Shown here in pieces: positions 47,684-57,748 of a stretch of DNA of 64,000 nt. This stretch comes from Patescibacteria group bacterium (lineage in GTDB: Bacteria > Patescibacteriota > Minisyncoccia > Phycocordibacterales > SBAW01). The translations under genes and the position numbers were made by a program. The notes beneath the pieces were generated by a model. It was not told the DNA's origin. It made no database searches and saw nothing but the letters and a program-made list of their open reading frames with translations. The stretch covers positions 39,295-103,294 of the forward strand of contig JAZKAA010000003.1 in NCBI GenBank assembly GCA_040389385.1, read 5' to 3'. Position 1 is the first letter of the stretch. Every line of letters starts with the position of its first letter.

Positions 47684-48193
47684 ATGGGTAGTGAAAGCCC
47701 GCCGAATTTTTCGGCTTTTAAATCGCAATCAAGGGAGAGAGTGATGATCGGAGAGAATAACGCGAGTCTGTCGCATACGCGCAACGAAGGAGGCAACGTG
47801 TGGGTGATTGGCGCAGTGTTCCTGTTGCCGTTCTTCTACATGTGGCGACTCACCAAGGGTGCCGACTTCCTGAGCACCTACATTTGGTACGTGTCGACTG
47901 CGTTCAATGTGGCGGAGGTGGTTGGTGGGCTATGTCTGCTCGGATACCTCATCCAGAAACGCTGGCCGACGGTGTTCGAAAAGCCCCCTACCAAAATCGA
48001 AGGTGGCGCAGTCTACGGCGCCATCAACGGTGCCGGAGGTGCGTTGGCGGCAATTGCCGGGCTGTTGCTCGACAGCTGGACCACAGCGGCCTTGGCATTC
48101 TGGCCCGGGATCTTTATTACCTGTGCTCTGCAGCATGTCGCACACTGGACGTGGCATCAGCTCAAGCGCTGGTACCGTCTATACTCGACCTGA
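47684..48193 (+). CDS. hypothetical membrane protein inserted between ftsA and ftsZ (start uncertain)
   Basis: Four predicted TM helices; no motif recognised. Confidence 0.45.
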   Translation: MGSESPPNFSAFKSQSRERVMIGENNASLSHTRNEGGNVWVIGAVFLLPFFYMWRLTKGADFLSTYIWYVSTAFNVAEVVGGLCLLGYLIQKRWPTVFEKPPTKIEGGAVYGAINGAGGALAAIAGLLLDSWTTAALAFWPGIFITCALQHVAHWTWHQLKRWYRLYST

Positions 48194-48368
48194 TACAACC
48201 AAGCTCCACTGCGAAGGCTCCTCCTTCGATGGTGGAGCTTTTCGTTTGAAACATAAGCGTTTTTTGTCAAACGGGGCCCTCATGGGGCCCCTATTTGCAT
48301 ATGTAAGAGGGCTGGTGGTAGAGTAGCTGGGCATTAACCGCTGAACTATCAATTACTCAAACCCTGAT

Positions 48369-49562
48369 ATGGCGCAAGTACAACCGGAAATAGAGGCATT
48401 CGCACGGATTCGCGTCATTGGTGTTGGAGGCTCGGGCAAAAACGCCACCAACCACATGATAGAGGACAAGGTCCGCGGCGTTGATTTTATCGCCATCAAC
48501 ACCGACGCGCAGGACCTGCACAACTCGCAGGCCAAGAAAAAGATTCATATCGGCAAAAATCTGACGCGCGGCCTTGGCGCAGGGATGAATCCGGAAATAG
48601 GCAAGCGCGCATCGGAGGAAACTAAGGAGGAAATCCAGCAGGCCATAAAAGGCAGCGATATGGTCTTTGTAGCGTGCGGTATGGGCGGCGGCACGGGTAC
48701 CGGCGCGGCGCCTGTTGTTGCGCGCACGGCCAAAGAGATGGGCGCGCTTACGGTAGCTGTTGTTACTAAGCCGTTTAGCTTTGAGGGTCAGCAACGGATG
48801 AAGCTGGCCGAGATAGGACTCGACGAGCTGCGCAAAGAGGTAGACGCGTTGATTGTCATCCCCAACGACCGCTTGCTCGCCACGGTACAAAAAGAGACAA
48901 CTCTTAAGGCCGCATTTGCTATGTGCGACGACGTACTTAAGCAAGCCGTCGAGGGTATCTCCGACCTCATCACCCACCCGGGCATCATCAACGTAGACTT
49001 TGCCGACGTGCGCGCCGTGATGGAAAACTCGGGTAGTGCACTCATGGGCATAGGCGTCAGTAGCGGCGAGGGCCGCGCGGCCGCTGCGGCCAAGGCGGCA
49101 GTCTCTTCTCCTCTCCTCGAACTTTCTATCAACGGCGCAAAGGGCGTGCTGTTTGCCATTGCCGGCCAGGACGACCTCGGCATGCTCGAGGTGCACGAGG
49201 CCGCCAAGATAATCACCGAGTCGGTTGACCCCAACGCCAAGATAATCTTTGGCGCTATCAAAGACGACAAACTCAAAAAGGGCGAGATACGCGTGACTGT
49301 TATTGCGACCGGCTTCCCCACCGGACCATCGGCACCACGTGGCATGCCGCTGTTTAGCTCCTTCCCCAAAGAGGCGGAAAAAGACGTAGCGCCGCTGGGC
49401 AAGATATTTAACTCCCCAACCCGCAAAGAGGAAAAGAAAGAGGAGGTAAAGATGGAGGAGCCCAAAGCCGCTCCCGCGCCGATGGCCCCCAAGCCCGCCA
49501 CCGAGGATGAGGACGAGTGGGGTGCAGTGCCATCCTTCCTCCGCCGCCCAAAAATTAAATAA
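48369..49562 (+). CDS. ftsZ: cell division protein FtsZ
   Basis: GGGTGTG tubulin signature, NTDAQDL, T7 loop; Glu/Lys-rich tail and C-terminal peptide; terminator hairpin CCTAG-cca-CTAGG + Ts after the stop. Confidence 0.95.
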   Translation: MAQVQPEIEAFARIRVIGVGGSGKNATNHMIEDKVRGVDFIAINTDAQDLHNSQAKKKIHIGKNLTRGLGAGMNPEIGKRASEETKEEIQQAIKGSDMVFVACGMGGGTGTGAAPVVARTAKEMGALTVAVVTKPFSFEGQQRMKLAEIGLDELRKEVDALIVIPNDRLLATVQKETTLKAAFAMCDDVLKQAVEGISDLITHPGIINVDFADVRAVMENSGSALMGIGVSSGEGRAAAAAKAAVSSPLLELSINGAKGVLFAIAGQDDLGMLEVHEAAKIITESVDPNAKIIFGAIKDDKLKKGEIRVTVIATGFPTGPSAPRGMPLFSSFPKEAEKDVAPLGKIFNSPTRKEEKKEEVKMEEPKAAPAPMAPKPATEDEDEWGAVPSFLRRPKIK

Positions 49563-49847
49563 AAAAAACCTAGCCACTAGGCGGGGTTTTAAGGCCTTCG
49601 GACACAAGTCGAGAAATCGCTGCCTTTGCAATAGCGCGGCGTTGTTTGGGACCGATGCCAAAACCGATGCACTTGTGTGCTGCCGTGCGCAAAATTTTTA
49701 TCGGATCAGGGTCGCGTTGAGTTCGAAAATCAGCGCGGGCATTTCTCAAGGCGATGTCGATAAAATCGGGATTGAATTCGACCATCTCTTTTCTCTCCAA
49801 TTGCTCCCACTCGCCAATAAATCACGGGTGGGGTAAAATAGCAATCC

Positions 49848-50783
49848 ATGTACGACTTGGCGATTATCGGGGGCGGCCCCGCGGGGGTGGCTGCCGGTGT
49901 GTATGCCGCGCGCAAGCGGCTCAAGACGGTCTTTATCGCCGAGCTTATCGGCGGACAATCAACAGACAGCCAGGACATTCAAAACTGGATAGGCACGCCG
50001 CATATCGCCGGTATGGACCTGGCCAAGGCGCTCGAGGTGCACCTGCGCGAGTATGCTACCGACGTTGTCGAGATCAAGCTCGGCGGCCGCGCTATCAAAG
50101 TTACAAAAAACGGAGAGATGTTTGTAATAGAAACAAGCGGCAGCACCACATATGAGGCGCGCGCAGTTTTGATAGCCACCGGCGGCTCGCGCAAAAAGCT
50201 GTTGGTCCCGGGCGCCGCCGAATACGAAAATAAGGGCGTCACCTACTGCGCCAGCTGCGACGGCCCGCTCTTTGGCGGACAAGACGTCGCCGTGGTGGGC
50301 GGCGGCAACGCGGGGTTTGAGACAGCGGCGCAGCTCTTGGCTTACTGCAAGTCGGTTACGCTTATACACCGACACAAGGACTTTGCCCGCGCCGACAAAT
50401 CAACCGTCGACGCCGTGCTCGCCCACCCCAACATGCGCGTTATCTACAATGCCGAGCCTGCGAGGGTTTTGGGCAAGCAGTTTGTCTCATCTATTGTTAC
50501 AAAAGATGTCGAGACAGGTGCGCTGACCGAGACACCCGTCGCGGCTGTGTTTGTCGAGATTGGTATGGTATCTAACACGGGGCTTGTCGCCGGCTTGGTA
50601 GACATGGATGAGTGGGGCCGGGTTAAGGTAGACGGCAAAAGCCAACGGGCGAGCGTAGCGGGTATCTGGGCCGCGGGCGATTGCTCCGACGGTCTGTATC
50701 ACCAAAACAATATTGCCGCGGGCGACGCGGTCAAAGCGCTCGAAGACATCTACTTTTACCTCCGCGCTGCTAAGGGCGTCTAA
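49848..50783 (+). CDS. trxB: thioredoxin-disulfide reductase
   Basis: FAD motif GGGPAG, redox CASCDG, NADPH motif GGGNAG. Confidence 0.9.
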   Translation: MYDLAIIGGGPAGVAAGVYAARKRLKTVFIAELIGGQSTDSQDIQNWIGTPHIAGMDLAKALEVHLREYATDVVEIKLGGRAIKVTKNGEMFVIETSGSTTYEARAVLIATGGSRKKLLVPGAAEYENKGVTYCASCDGPLFGGQDVAVVGGGNAGFETAAQLLAYCKSVTLIHRHKDFARADKSTVDAVLAHPNMRVIYNAEPARVLGKQFVSSIVTKDVETGALTETPVAAVFVEIGMVSNTGLVAGLVDMDEWGRVKVDGKSQRASVAGIWAAGDCSDGLYHQNNIAAGDAVKALEDIYFYLRAAKGV

Positions 50784-51157
50784 GGCCGCTGTATTTCGTG
50801 CAGCTCCTGCTCAATATGCTTGAGCTCAGTTAAAATTTCTTTAGTCTCCAACTGCTCGGTCTCAACCTCCTTCTCTGTCTTTTCGGCCAGCTTTTTTTCG
50901 CGCCGCAGGCCCGACATTATGATACTGTCTCCGATAAAAAACGACACCAAAAGCCCACTCAGGAGCAGTATCGCCACCCCAAGTACAAACGAGCCGGGCC
51001 CGTACAAAAACGGAAAGAGCCCCGCGGTTTCCTCTACCCCTTTCCAAATCAGGATAACGCCAACTGCGCCGATGAGCGCGTAGGCAATTGGGCTGCGGCT
51101 AAGGCCCGCGCGTACCCAGTCCTCGAGCTTGTCAAAAAATACCAGTATTTTCCTCAC
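50780..51157 (-). CDS. hypothetical membrane protein with C-terminal coiled coil (125 aa)
   Basis: Two TM helices then a Glu/Lys-rich helix; ORF only. Confidence 0.4.
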   Translation of the reverse strand: MRKILVFFDKLEDWVRAGLSRSPIAYALIGAVGVILIWKGVEETAGLFPFLYGPGSFVLGVAILLLSGLLVSFFIGDSIIMSGLRREKKLAEKTEKEVETEQLETKEILTELKHIEQELHEIQRP

Positions 51158-51291
51158 CGCTATATTGTACCAGTTAGGTGCCCGGCTGCTCGGGATACGC
51201 CGAGGGTTCCTGTTGGGGGCCAGGTGCAGGCGTGGGCGACACCTTGAGGCTTATATAAAGAGCGACCGCCGCAAGCGCTATAAATACCACG

Positions 51292-51720
51292 ATGCTAAGT
51301 GCTGCGGTGCGCGGAGTCATGAGTGTTAGTATATCAAAGATGGACAACCCGATTAATTATGCGGAAAAAGAGTTGCTGATTGAGACCGCGCCTGAGCGCA
51401 AATTTTTAAAAACTCCCGTTGGAATATTTTTACTTGGAGCTACTTTGGGCGAGCTGGCGCCCGACCCTACCGATGCCATCCACTTTTGGCTGCAGACGCA
51501 CGTGTTTAATAACCCCGCTTACTCTAAAACATTTATCGCGGTGCTGCAGGTGTTTGACTGGTACTTTATGAGCGCGCTGTACTTCTTTTTGCTATTGGTG
51601 CTGGCATACGTGCTGCACATAAAAAAAGTAGGCACCGTAAAAAAGATATCGCTCATCGGCGGCCTCCTCGGCATCGGCGCCGTGGTCGGCCTCTTGGCGC
51701 AGTTTTTCTTTAGCTCGTAG
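51292..51720 (+). CDS. hypothetical membrane protein (142 aa)
   Basis: Three hydrophobic helices; ORF only. Confidence 0.4.
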   Translation: MLSAAVRGVMSVSISKMDNPINYAEKELLIETAPERKFLKTPVGIFLLGATLGELAPDPTDAIHFWLQTHVFNNPAYSKTFIAVLQVFDWYFMSALYFFLLLVLAYVLHIKKVGTVKKISLIGGLLGIGAVVGLLAQFFFSS

Positions 51721-51727
51721 TTTTAAA

Positions 51728-52090
51728 TTATCTATAATTAGGGTCTTTGCAATTGTTGTAAGTTGCTTTTCCATTCTCCGCAAGATAGTTGTCATTTTGA
51801 CCGCCTTCTACAAATTGGATGGTCGTATCTTTACTGGAGTATGAGGCACCCATCGCAAGATGGTCGTTTTGTAACTCAAGATGCCTGCCGTCTGAAAGGG
51901 TCATTGAGACGCTGTCCGAAGAATTGTAGTAGGCAGGATTAGGTGGACTGTATACTGCTTCAATTGTCTTATTCCCGTCACACATAAAAACAATAGAATC
52001 CTTATCCGAGGACGGGGGTTTAAGAAAATAATAACCAACACCCGCTCCTATAATTATTAGGATTCCAATCCCTATCAAATATTTCTTCAT
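51728..52090 (-). CDS. membrane-anchored MliC-like (lysozyme-inhibitor fold) protein, tentative
   Basis: N-terminal TM; IVFMCDG...SVSMTLSDGRHLELQNDHLAMGASYSS...QFVEGGQNDNYLAENGKATYNNC resembles the MliC pattern C..g....L.dG...L.q..SASGA.Y.....f..KG.eA........C. Confidence 0.4.
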   Translation of the reverse strand: MKKYLIGIGILIIIGAGVGYYFLKPPSSDKDSIVFMCDGNKTIEAVYSPPNPAYYNSSDSVSMTLSDGRHLELQNDHLAMGASYSSKDTTIQFVEGGQNDNYLAENGKATYNNCKDPNYR

Positions 52091-52276
52091 ACCAAAAGTA
52101 TATACCCGGATTTACGTGGCCCACAACTCAAATTTTGTTTCGCGTGGTCACAAGTTCGTTCGCGCCGTCGCGCAAACGCCTCGCGACCCCGGCTCGTGGT
52201 TTTGCAAGTGCAAAACATCACTGCGCCCGTCACAAAAGCACAAAACCTGCCGCAGGGCAGGTGTTTGTGTCTTTTG

Positions 52277-52348
52277 TGACCCCGGAGGGAATCGAACCCT
52301 CGTTCTGAGCTTGAAAAGCTCATGTCCTAACCGTTAGACGACGGGGCC
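52277..52348 (-). tRNA. tRNA-Glu (anticodon TTC), no encoded CCA
   Basis: Revcomp GGCCCCGTCGTCTAACGGTTAGGAC, anticodon arm TGAGC-TTTTCAA-GCTCA, T-arm GAGGG-TTCGATT-CCCTC. Confidence 0.8.
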
Positions 52349-52361
52349 GTAAGCGCACGGG

Positions 52362-52448
52362 CGGAGGAGGTGAGATTTGAACTCACGGTAGGGTTTCCCC
52401 CACGCCACATTTCGAGTGTGGTGCCTTAAACCACTCAGCCACTCCTCC
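52362..52448 (-). tRNA. tRNA-Ser (anticodon CGA), type II, no encoded CCA
   Basis: Revcomp GGAGGAGTGGCTGAGTGGTTTAAGGC, anticodon arm CCACA-CTCGAAA-TGTGG, long variable arm, T-arm GTGAG-TTCAAAT-CTCAC. Confidence 0.8.
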
Positions 52449-52521
52449 TTAACAAACAACAGCAAAATACCACTTTTTTACTCTTTTGACAAAGAAAAAA
52501 CCACCGCGCGGTGCGGTGGCG

Positions 52522-53274
52522 TTAGTCGCCTAAGTGTTTGTTGCGGAGCGTCACGCTCGACTTGCCAGACGCGATCTCGATAAACTTGATCGCTAAGCCG
52601 ACGCGATTGTCGACATTTAGCGCCGACCACAGCGTGTCGGCGACCTCCTCCATCCCGCCTTTCAACGGCAGCGAGTAGGGCTTGCCGCGATAGCTTGGTA
52701 GCTCGCCCTTGCTGTCGCCCTCATACGTCTGCAAGCACCAGGTAATGCCGGGCGGCATTTGTGCTCTCGCATAGTAGTAGTCGTAGTGCTCGTGGAGTGC
52801 GTGTTCTTTGGCATCCTCCGCATTTTGCAGTTTGCAGATGCGCGAGAGAGTGAGCCGTAAGGGATCAATCTGAATCACCGCCGTGATCCGTGGTGTGTAG
52901 TTTGGAGCATCGGGTTCGTAGGTCCGGGTCTGCAAAGCCTCAGTCGAGAGCTTGCCCTGTTTGAGAAACTCGACAACCGTGTCTGTCTGGTCACCGTTGC
53001 TCGCTACCCAGTGAGGACCCCACTCGTTCATCGCGTTGTAGACGGTGAGCACGGTGTTAGCCTTGGGATCGGGTTCAAACAGGTCAGTGTAGACCCGGCA
53101 ACCGTCCTGCCTGTAGACACGGTTGCGGCTGTTGTGGCTACGCCCCATGATGGCCGACCCAAGCATGAAGTACTTGCCACTTTCGTCGAGCCTGCCCGCC
53201 ACAATACGGCCGGGGTAGGAGTTAGCCTTGAGCGCCTCCAGGTTGCAAGGGGCACTAGCAACAAATTCATGCAT
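52522..53274 (-). CDS. IMP cyclohydrolase PurO-like protein (archaeal-type)
   Basis: 250 aa; SYPGRIVAGRLDESGKYFMLGSAIMGRSHNSRNRVY...WVASNGDQTDTV...YTPRITAVIQ matches the PurO N-terminal signature (YLGRI.AVG...Y..YRVSSRSFPNR ... SNGSHTD ... TPRIAA). Confidence 0.55.
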   Translation of the reverse strand: MHEFVASAPCNLEALKANSYPGRIVAGRLDESGKYFMLGSAIMGRSHNSRNRVYRQDGCRVYTDLFEPDPKANTVLTVYNAMNEWGPHWVASNGDQTDTVVEFLKQGKLSTEALQTRTYEPDAPNYTPRITAVIQIDPLRLTLSRICKLQNAEDAKEHALHEHYDYYYARAQMPPGITWCLQTYEGDSKGELPSYRGKPYSLPLKGGMEEVADTLWSALNVDNRVGLAIKFIEIASGKSSVTLRNKHLGD

Positions 53275-53356
53275 GCTCGTTCTCCGGGTTGCCGTTCCGC
53301 CCCTACCCTACCAAAAGTGTGTGCTCATAACAAATTAAGAAAAATGCGTATACTGG

Positions 53357-53785
53357 GTGGATATGAACAGAGTTGTACATTTCGAAATCCATGCAGACGA
53401 CATGGCACGCGCGCAAAAGTTTTATCATGATGTGTTTGGGTGGGAGATGATAGGTATGGGCGGCGAGTACGGCGACTACGTCGTACTTAAAAGCGGGCCG
53501 GGGCCGGACGAGCTCGGCGGCAAGCCAATCGCCATGAAAGACATCGGCATCAACGGCGGGATGATGAAGGCAAACGCCCCGCGTCCGCCCAAAGGGGTCG
53601 GGCCCAACGCATACGTGTGCATTATCGGCGTGGACGATGTCGACCAAATGATGAAAAAAGTTATTGAGGCGGGCGGCGGTGAGCATATGGCGGCGATGGA
53701 TGTACCAAACGTGGGCCGCCTGGCTTACTGCGGTGACACCGAGGGCAACACCTTTGGCATCATCCAACCAAAAATGCCCGCCTAG
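53357..53785 (+). CDS. VOC-family (glyoxalase / bleomycin-resistance fold) protein
   Basis: 142 aa; VHFEIHADDMARAQKFYHDVFGWEM and a second beta-alpha-beta-beta-beta half. Confidence 0.7.
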   Translation: MDMNRVVHFEIHADDMARAQKFYHDVFGWEMIGMGGEYGDYVVLKSGPGPDELGGKPIAMKDIGINGGMMKANAPRPPKGVGPNAYVCIIGVDDVDQMMKKVIEAGGGEHMAAMDVPNVGRLAYCGDTEGNTFGIIQPKMPA

Positions 53786-53853
53786 ACTCGCTAGGCGAGG
53801 CTGGTAGCCTGTGACAAAAGCTGGGCGTTTTGTTATTGTAACTGCGCTAGCAA

Positions 53854-53926
53854 TGCGCGGTTAGCTCAGTTGGTAGAGCGTTTCTTTGACGTAGAAAAGG
53901 CCATAGGTTCGAATCCTATACCGCGC
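53854..53926 (+). tRNA. tRNA-Val (anticodon GAC), no encoded CCA
   Basis: GCGCGGTTAGCTCAGTTGGTAGAGC, anticodon arm TTTCT-TTGACGT-AGAAA, T-arm ATAGG-TTCGAAT-CCTAT. Confidence 0.85.
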
Positions 53927-53930
53927 ACAC

Positions 53931-54971
53931 ATGAGAATTTTAGCGTTTGAGACCTCGTGCGACGAAACGGGCATTGCCCTTGTATCCGGCGAAAAGTCCG
54001 GAGACGGTTTTGTGTTTAAAACAGAACATGCCGCTCTTTTGAGCCAGGCTGCGCTCCACGCCGAGTACGGCGGCGTGTACCCCAACTTGGCCAAGCGCGA
54101 GCACGAAAAGAATTTGCCCATTTTGTACCGCGAGTTTGCGGATATGCCATGCGACGCTGTGGCCGTAACGGTGGGCCCGGGGCTCGAGCCCGCGCTGTGG
54201 CAGGGTGTGGGGTTTGCCAAGCGCGTAGCCGCGGAGCGCGGCGTGCCCCTACTCCCCATCAACCACATGGAGGCACACCTGATATCATCTTTGGCTCAAT
54301 CAAACGTTTTGCAAAACGTTAGAATGTCAGTACTTGCTCTACTTATATCCGGAGGGCATACGGAGTTTGTGCATATGCCGGAGTGGTTTAGCTACAAAAT
54401 AATCGGCCAGACTCTCGACGATGCCGCGGGCGAGTGTTTTGATAAGGTAGCTCGAATGTTGGGGTTGAAATACCCTGGTGGACCCGAGATTTCAAGAATA
54501 GCCAAAACAGCGAAATCAAAATCAACTATCGCACTCCCCCGCCCGATGCTCAGCTCCGGCACATGCGACGTATCTTTTTCTGGTTTAAAAACCGCCGCGC
54601 TGTACGCCTTGCGCGACCGCGGCGGCATACAAACACTCTCGGCCGACGAGATAGCCGCCTTTGCGGCGGAGTTTGAGGAGGCGGTGGGCGACGTCTTTGT
54701 GCACAAAACCCGCGCGGCGCTCGAGCAAACAGGCGCACAGACATTTGTTATAGGAGGGGGTGTGGCAGCCAACACTTACCTGCGCGAGCGGCTACAAAAA
54801 TTGGTGAGCGAAGAATTTTCTGATGTAGAGTTCCGCCTCCCCGACCCGGCAATAACAGGCGACAACGCCGTAATGATTGCCCAGTGTGCCCTCGCCCGCG
54901 CCCTCTCGGGCAAAAACGACATCTCTCCCATCGACCTAAAAGCCGTTGGAAATCTTTCTATAGCAAGCTAG
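53931..54971 (+). CDS. tsaD: tRNA N6-adenosine threonylcarbamoyltransferase TsaD
   Basis: MRILAFETSCDETGIALV...; HxxAH metal site (NHMEAHL); ASKH fold. Confidence 0.9.
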   Translation: MRILAFETSCDETGIALVSGEKSGDGFVFKTEHAALLSQAALHAEYGGVYPNLAKREHEKNLPILYREFADMPCDAVAVTVGPGLEPALWQGVGFAKRVAAERGVPLLPINHMEAHLISSLAQSNVLQNVRMSVLALLISGGHTEFVHMPEWFSYKIIGQTLDDAAGECFDKVARMLGLKYPGGPEISRIAKTAKSKSTIALPRPMLSSGTCDVSFSGLKTAALYALRDRGGIQTLSADEIAAFAAEFEEAVGDVFVHKTRAALEQTGAQTFVIGGGVAANTYLRERLQKLVSEEFSDVEFRLPDPAITGDNAVMIAQCALARALSGKNDISPIDLKAVGNLSIAS

Positions 54972-54983
54972 AATGGGGCCTAC

Positions 54984-57053
54984 ATGCCCGAGATACCAGA
55001 GAAGTTTCTAAAACCCTACGACCCCAAGGCCGTTGAGGGGCCTATATACAAAAAGTGGGAGGAGTCGGGGTATTTTAATCCTGATAAATTACCGGGCAAT
55101 AGGACGGAGCCCTATACCATCATCATGCCGCCGCCCAATGCCAATGGGTCGCTCCATGTCGGTCACGCGCTGTTTGTCACCATCCAAGACTTGCTCATAC
55201 GCTACAAGCGCATGCGCGGGTACAAAACATTGTGGCTCCCCGGCGCCGACCACGCCGGCTTTGAGACCCAACTGGTGTACGAAAAAAAGCTGGAGAAGGA
55301 GGACCGCTCGCGCTTTAAGATGCACGCGCAGGAGTTTTATAATGGCGCACTCGAGTTTACGATGGCCAACAAAACATTTATGGAGGGCCAGCTGCGCCAA
55401 CTGGGTGCATCATGCGACTGGAGCCGGGAGAAGTTTACCCTCGACCCTGCAATCGTCTCGATTGTATACGCAACGTTTAAACAACTGTTTGACGACGGTT
55501 TGGTGTACCGCGGCGTGCGGCCGGTCAACTGGAGCACCAAGTACCAAACATCGCTCTCCGACCTCGAAACAAAGTCGATCGAGCGCAAAGACCCGCTGTA
55601 CTACATGAAGTACGGTCCCTTTGTCGTAGCGACGGTGCGCCCCGAGACCAAGTTTGGCGACACGGCCGTAGCTGTTAACCCCAACGATGCCCGCTACAAG
55701 GAGTGGGTGGGCAAAGAAATTGAGTTCGAGGGCCTAATCGGCCCCGTCAAGCTTACGGTGGTGGCCGACGACTACGTCGACATGGAGTTTGGTACCGGTG
55801 TGGTCAAGATTACGCCTGCTCACGACCCAAACGACTTTGAGGTAGCAGAGCGACACGAGTTGCCCATGGTCGAAGTCATAGACAAGTTTGGCAAGCTCAA
55901 CGAAAAGTGCGGCAAGTATGCGGGGCTTAAGGTTATGGACGCGCGTAAAGCGGTGGTCGCAGACCTGATAGAAAAAGGCATGATGGAAAAGGTCGACGAG
56001 GAGTACACCCACAACGTGCTGGTCAACTACAAAAACGAAAACGATGTCTTGGAGCCGCGCGTCATGCCGCAGTGGTTTATGAAGATGGAGCCCATGGTCA
56101 AGTTGGTGCGCAATGCTGTCGACTCCGGCGCAATAAAAATCTATCCCGACTTTCAAAAAAAGGTGCTCGACCACTGGCTCGACAACCTGCACGACTGGAA
56201 CATCAGCCGCCAGATTGTCTGGGGCATCCCTATCCCCGCATGGTTTAAGGGCGAGGAGATTTTTGTCGGCGAAAGCGCGCCCGGCGAGGGCTGGGAGCGC
56301 GACCCGGACACCTTTGACACCTGGTTTAGCTCCGGACAGTGGCCGTTTGCTACGCTTGGCTACCCCGACTCCTCCGACTTTAAAACCTACTACCCTACGA
56401 GCGTGATGGAGACGGGGTACGACATACTCTTTTTTTGGGTGATGCGGATGATTATGTTTGGGCTGTATCGCACGGGCCAAGTCCCCTTCCGCGATGTGTA
56501 CCTGCACGGGCTGGTGCGCGATGCCGCGCGGCAAAAAATGAGTAAGAGCAAGGGCAACGTCATCAATCCACTTGACGTCGCCAAGCAATATGGCACCGAC
56601 GCACTGCGCATGGCGCTATTGGTCGGTAACACCCCCGGCCAAGACATGGCGCTCGCCGAGCCAAAAATAAAGGCGTACAAAAACTTTGCCAACAAGGTGT
56701 GGAACATCGCGCGGTTTGTGCTCGCGCAACCGCCGGCCGGTGAGCTTATGGGCGACTTGGTGCAGGAGTTTGATACGATGGCAGCCGATATTACCAAAGA
56801 CATGGACGAGTATCGCATCTACATGGCGGCGGACAAACTCTATCACTACATCTGGGACCGCTTTGCCGCCGAGATTATCGAACAAAGTAAAGGCAAGCCC
56901 GAGTATAGCGCAACTCTCTATTACATTTTGGAGAACTCACTCAAACTGCTGCATCCTATAATGCCGTTTGTTACAGAAGAAATCTGGCAAAGCCTACCCG
57001 GCAAAACTGGGCTTATAATGGTTGAGTCATGGCCGGAGGCCCACTCTTCTTAA
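54984..57053 (+). CDS. valS: valyl-tRNA synthetase (compact form lacking the C-terminal coiled-coil)
   Basis: 689 aa; HIGH (LHVGHAL), ValRS signature WLPGADHAGFETQ, KMSKS (KMSKSKGN). Confidence 0.85.
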   Translation: MPEIPEKFLKPYDPKAVEGPIYKKWEESGYFNPDKLPGNRTEPYTIIMPPPNANGSLHVGHALFVTIQDLLIRYKRMRGYKTLWLPGADHAGFETQLVYEKKLEKEDRSRFKMHAQEFYNGALEFTMANKTFMEGQLRQLGASCDWSREKFTLDPAIVSIVYATFKQLFDDGLVYRGVRPVNWSTKYQTSLSDLETKSIERKDPLYYMKYGPFVVATVRPETKFGDTAVAVNPNDARYKEWVGKEIEFEGLIGPVKLTVVADDYVDMEFGTGVVKITPAHDPNDFEVAERHELPMVEVIDKFGKLNEKCGKYAGLKVMDARKAVVADLIEKGMMEKVDEEYTHNVLVNYKNENDVLEPRVMPQWFMKMEPMVKLVRNAVDSGAIKIYPDFQKKVLDHWLDNLHDWNISRQIVWGIPIPAWFKGEEIFVGESAPGEGWERDPDTFDTWFSSGQWPFATLGYPDSSDFKTYYPTSVMETGYDILFFWVMRMIMFGLYRTGQVPFRDVYLHGLVRDAARQKMSKSKGNVINPLDVAKQYGTDALRMALLVGNTPGQDMALAEPKIKAYKNFANKVWNIARFVLAQPPAGELMGDLVQEFDTMAADITKDMDEYRIYMAADKLYHYIWDRFAAEIIEQSKGKPEYSATLYYILENSLKLLHPIMPFVTEEIWQSLPGKTGLIMVESWPEAHSS

Positions 57054-57715
57054 GTATCCTTGGTGGCGTACTGCCCGCGCTGGTGTGGTTGGCCTTTTGG
57101 CTCTTAGAGGATAGGTGCCAGCCCGAGCCCAAGCGGTTTATCTTTTTGTGCTTTGTCGCCGGCATGCTCGCCGTGTGGCCCGCGCTGCTTTTAGAAAAGG
57201 CTCTGGTCCCCTACGCATCGGGCACTACACTCCTACTTGGCTGGGCCAGTATCGAGGAGCTGCTTAAATTTGGTGCGGCAATGATAATGGCACTTATGTG
57301 GGCCAGCTATGACGAACCCTTAGACGCAGTGGTGTACATGGTTACGGCGGCGCTCGGCTTTAGTGCGATGGAGAACGTGCTCTTTTTGCTCACACCTATA
57401 GGCCACGGCGACCTCCTGCGCAGCGTCGTTACGGGCGACCTGCGGTTTATTGGCGCGACCCTACTGCATACGCTTACATCTGCGACTATCGGTATTATGC
57501 TGGCGCTGTCTTTTGTGCGGCCGGCGGTGGAGCGGCGTGTGGCCGCATTGGGCGGACTTATCCTCGCTATTTTCTTGCACACGGTGTTTAACTTTTTTAT
57601 ACTTAAGGGGGGTGGAAGTTCGACCTTTTGGGTCTTCCTCCTGATTTGGTGCGGTATAATAGGAGTGCTGCTGATTACCGAGCACCTCAAGCAGCCGACA
57701 AAGGACTACTGTTAA
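57029..57715 (+). CDS. prsW: PrsW-family intramembrane metalloprotease (start may be downstream of the listed 57029)
   Basis: Motifs IEELLKFG (EExxK), FSAMENVLF (FxxxEN), LLHTLTSA (HxxxS/T); polytopic. Confidence 0.65.
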   Translation: MAGGPLFLSILGGVLPALVWLAFWLLEDRCQPEPKRFIFLCFVAGMLAVWPALLLEKALVPYASGTTLLLGWASIEELLKFGAAMIMALMWASYDEPLDAVVYMVTAALGFSAMENVLFLLTPIGHGDLLRSVVTGDLRFIGATLLHTLTSATIGIMLALSFVRPAVERRVAALGGLILAIFLHTVFNFFILKGGGSSTFWVFLLIWCGIIGVLLITEHLKQPTKDYC

Positions 57716-57748
57716 CCATGAAAAGTCTGCTTTTCACAAATTAATAAG

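Noticed and set aside
48357-49661. 434-aa minus-strand ORF
   Set aside because: Antisense to ftsZ.
49570-49800. 76-aa minus-strand ORF after ftsZ
   Set aside because: Overlaps the ftsZ terminator and the probable trxB promoter region; no RBS; weak composition.
55734-56588. 284-aa minus-strand ORF
   Set aside because: Antisense to valS.
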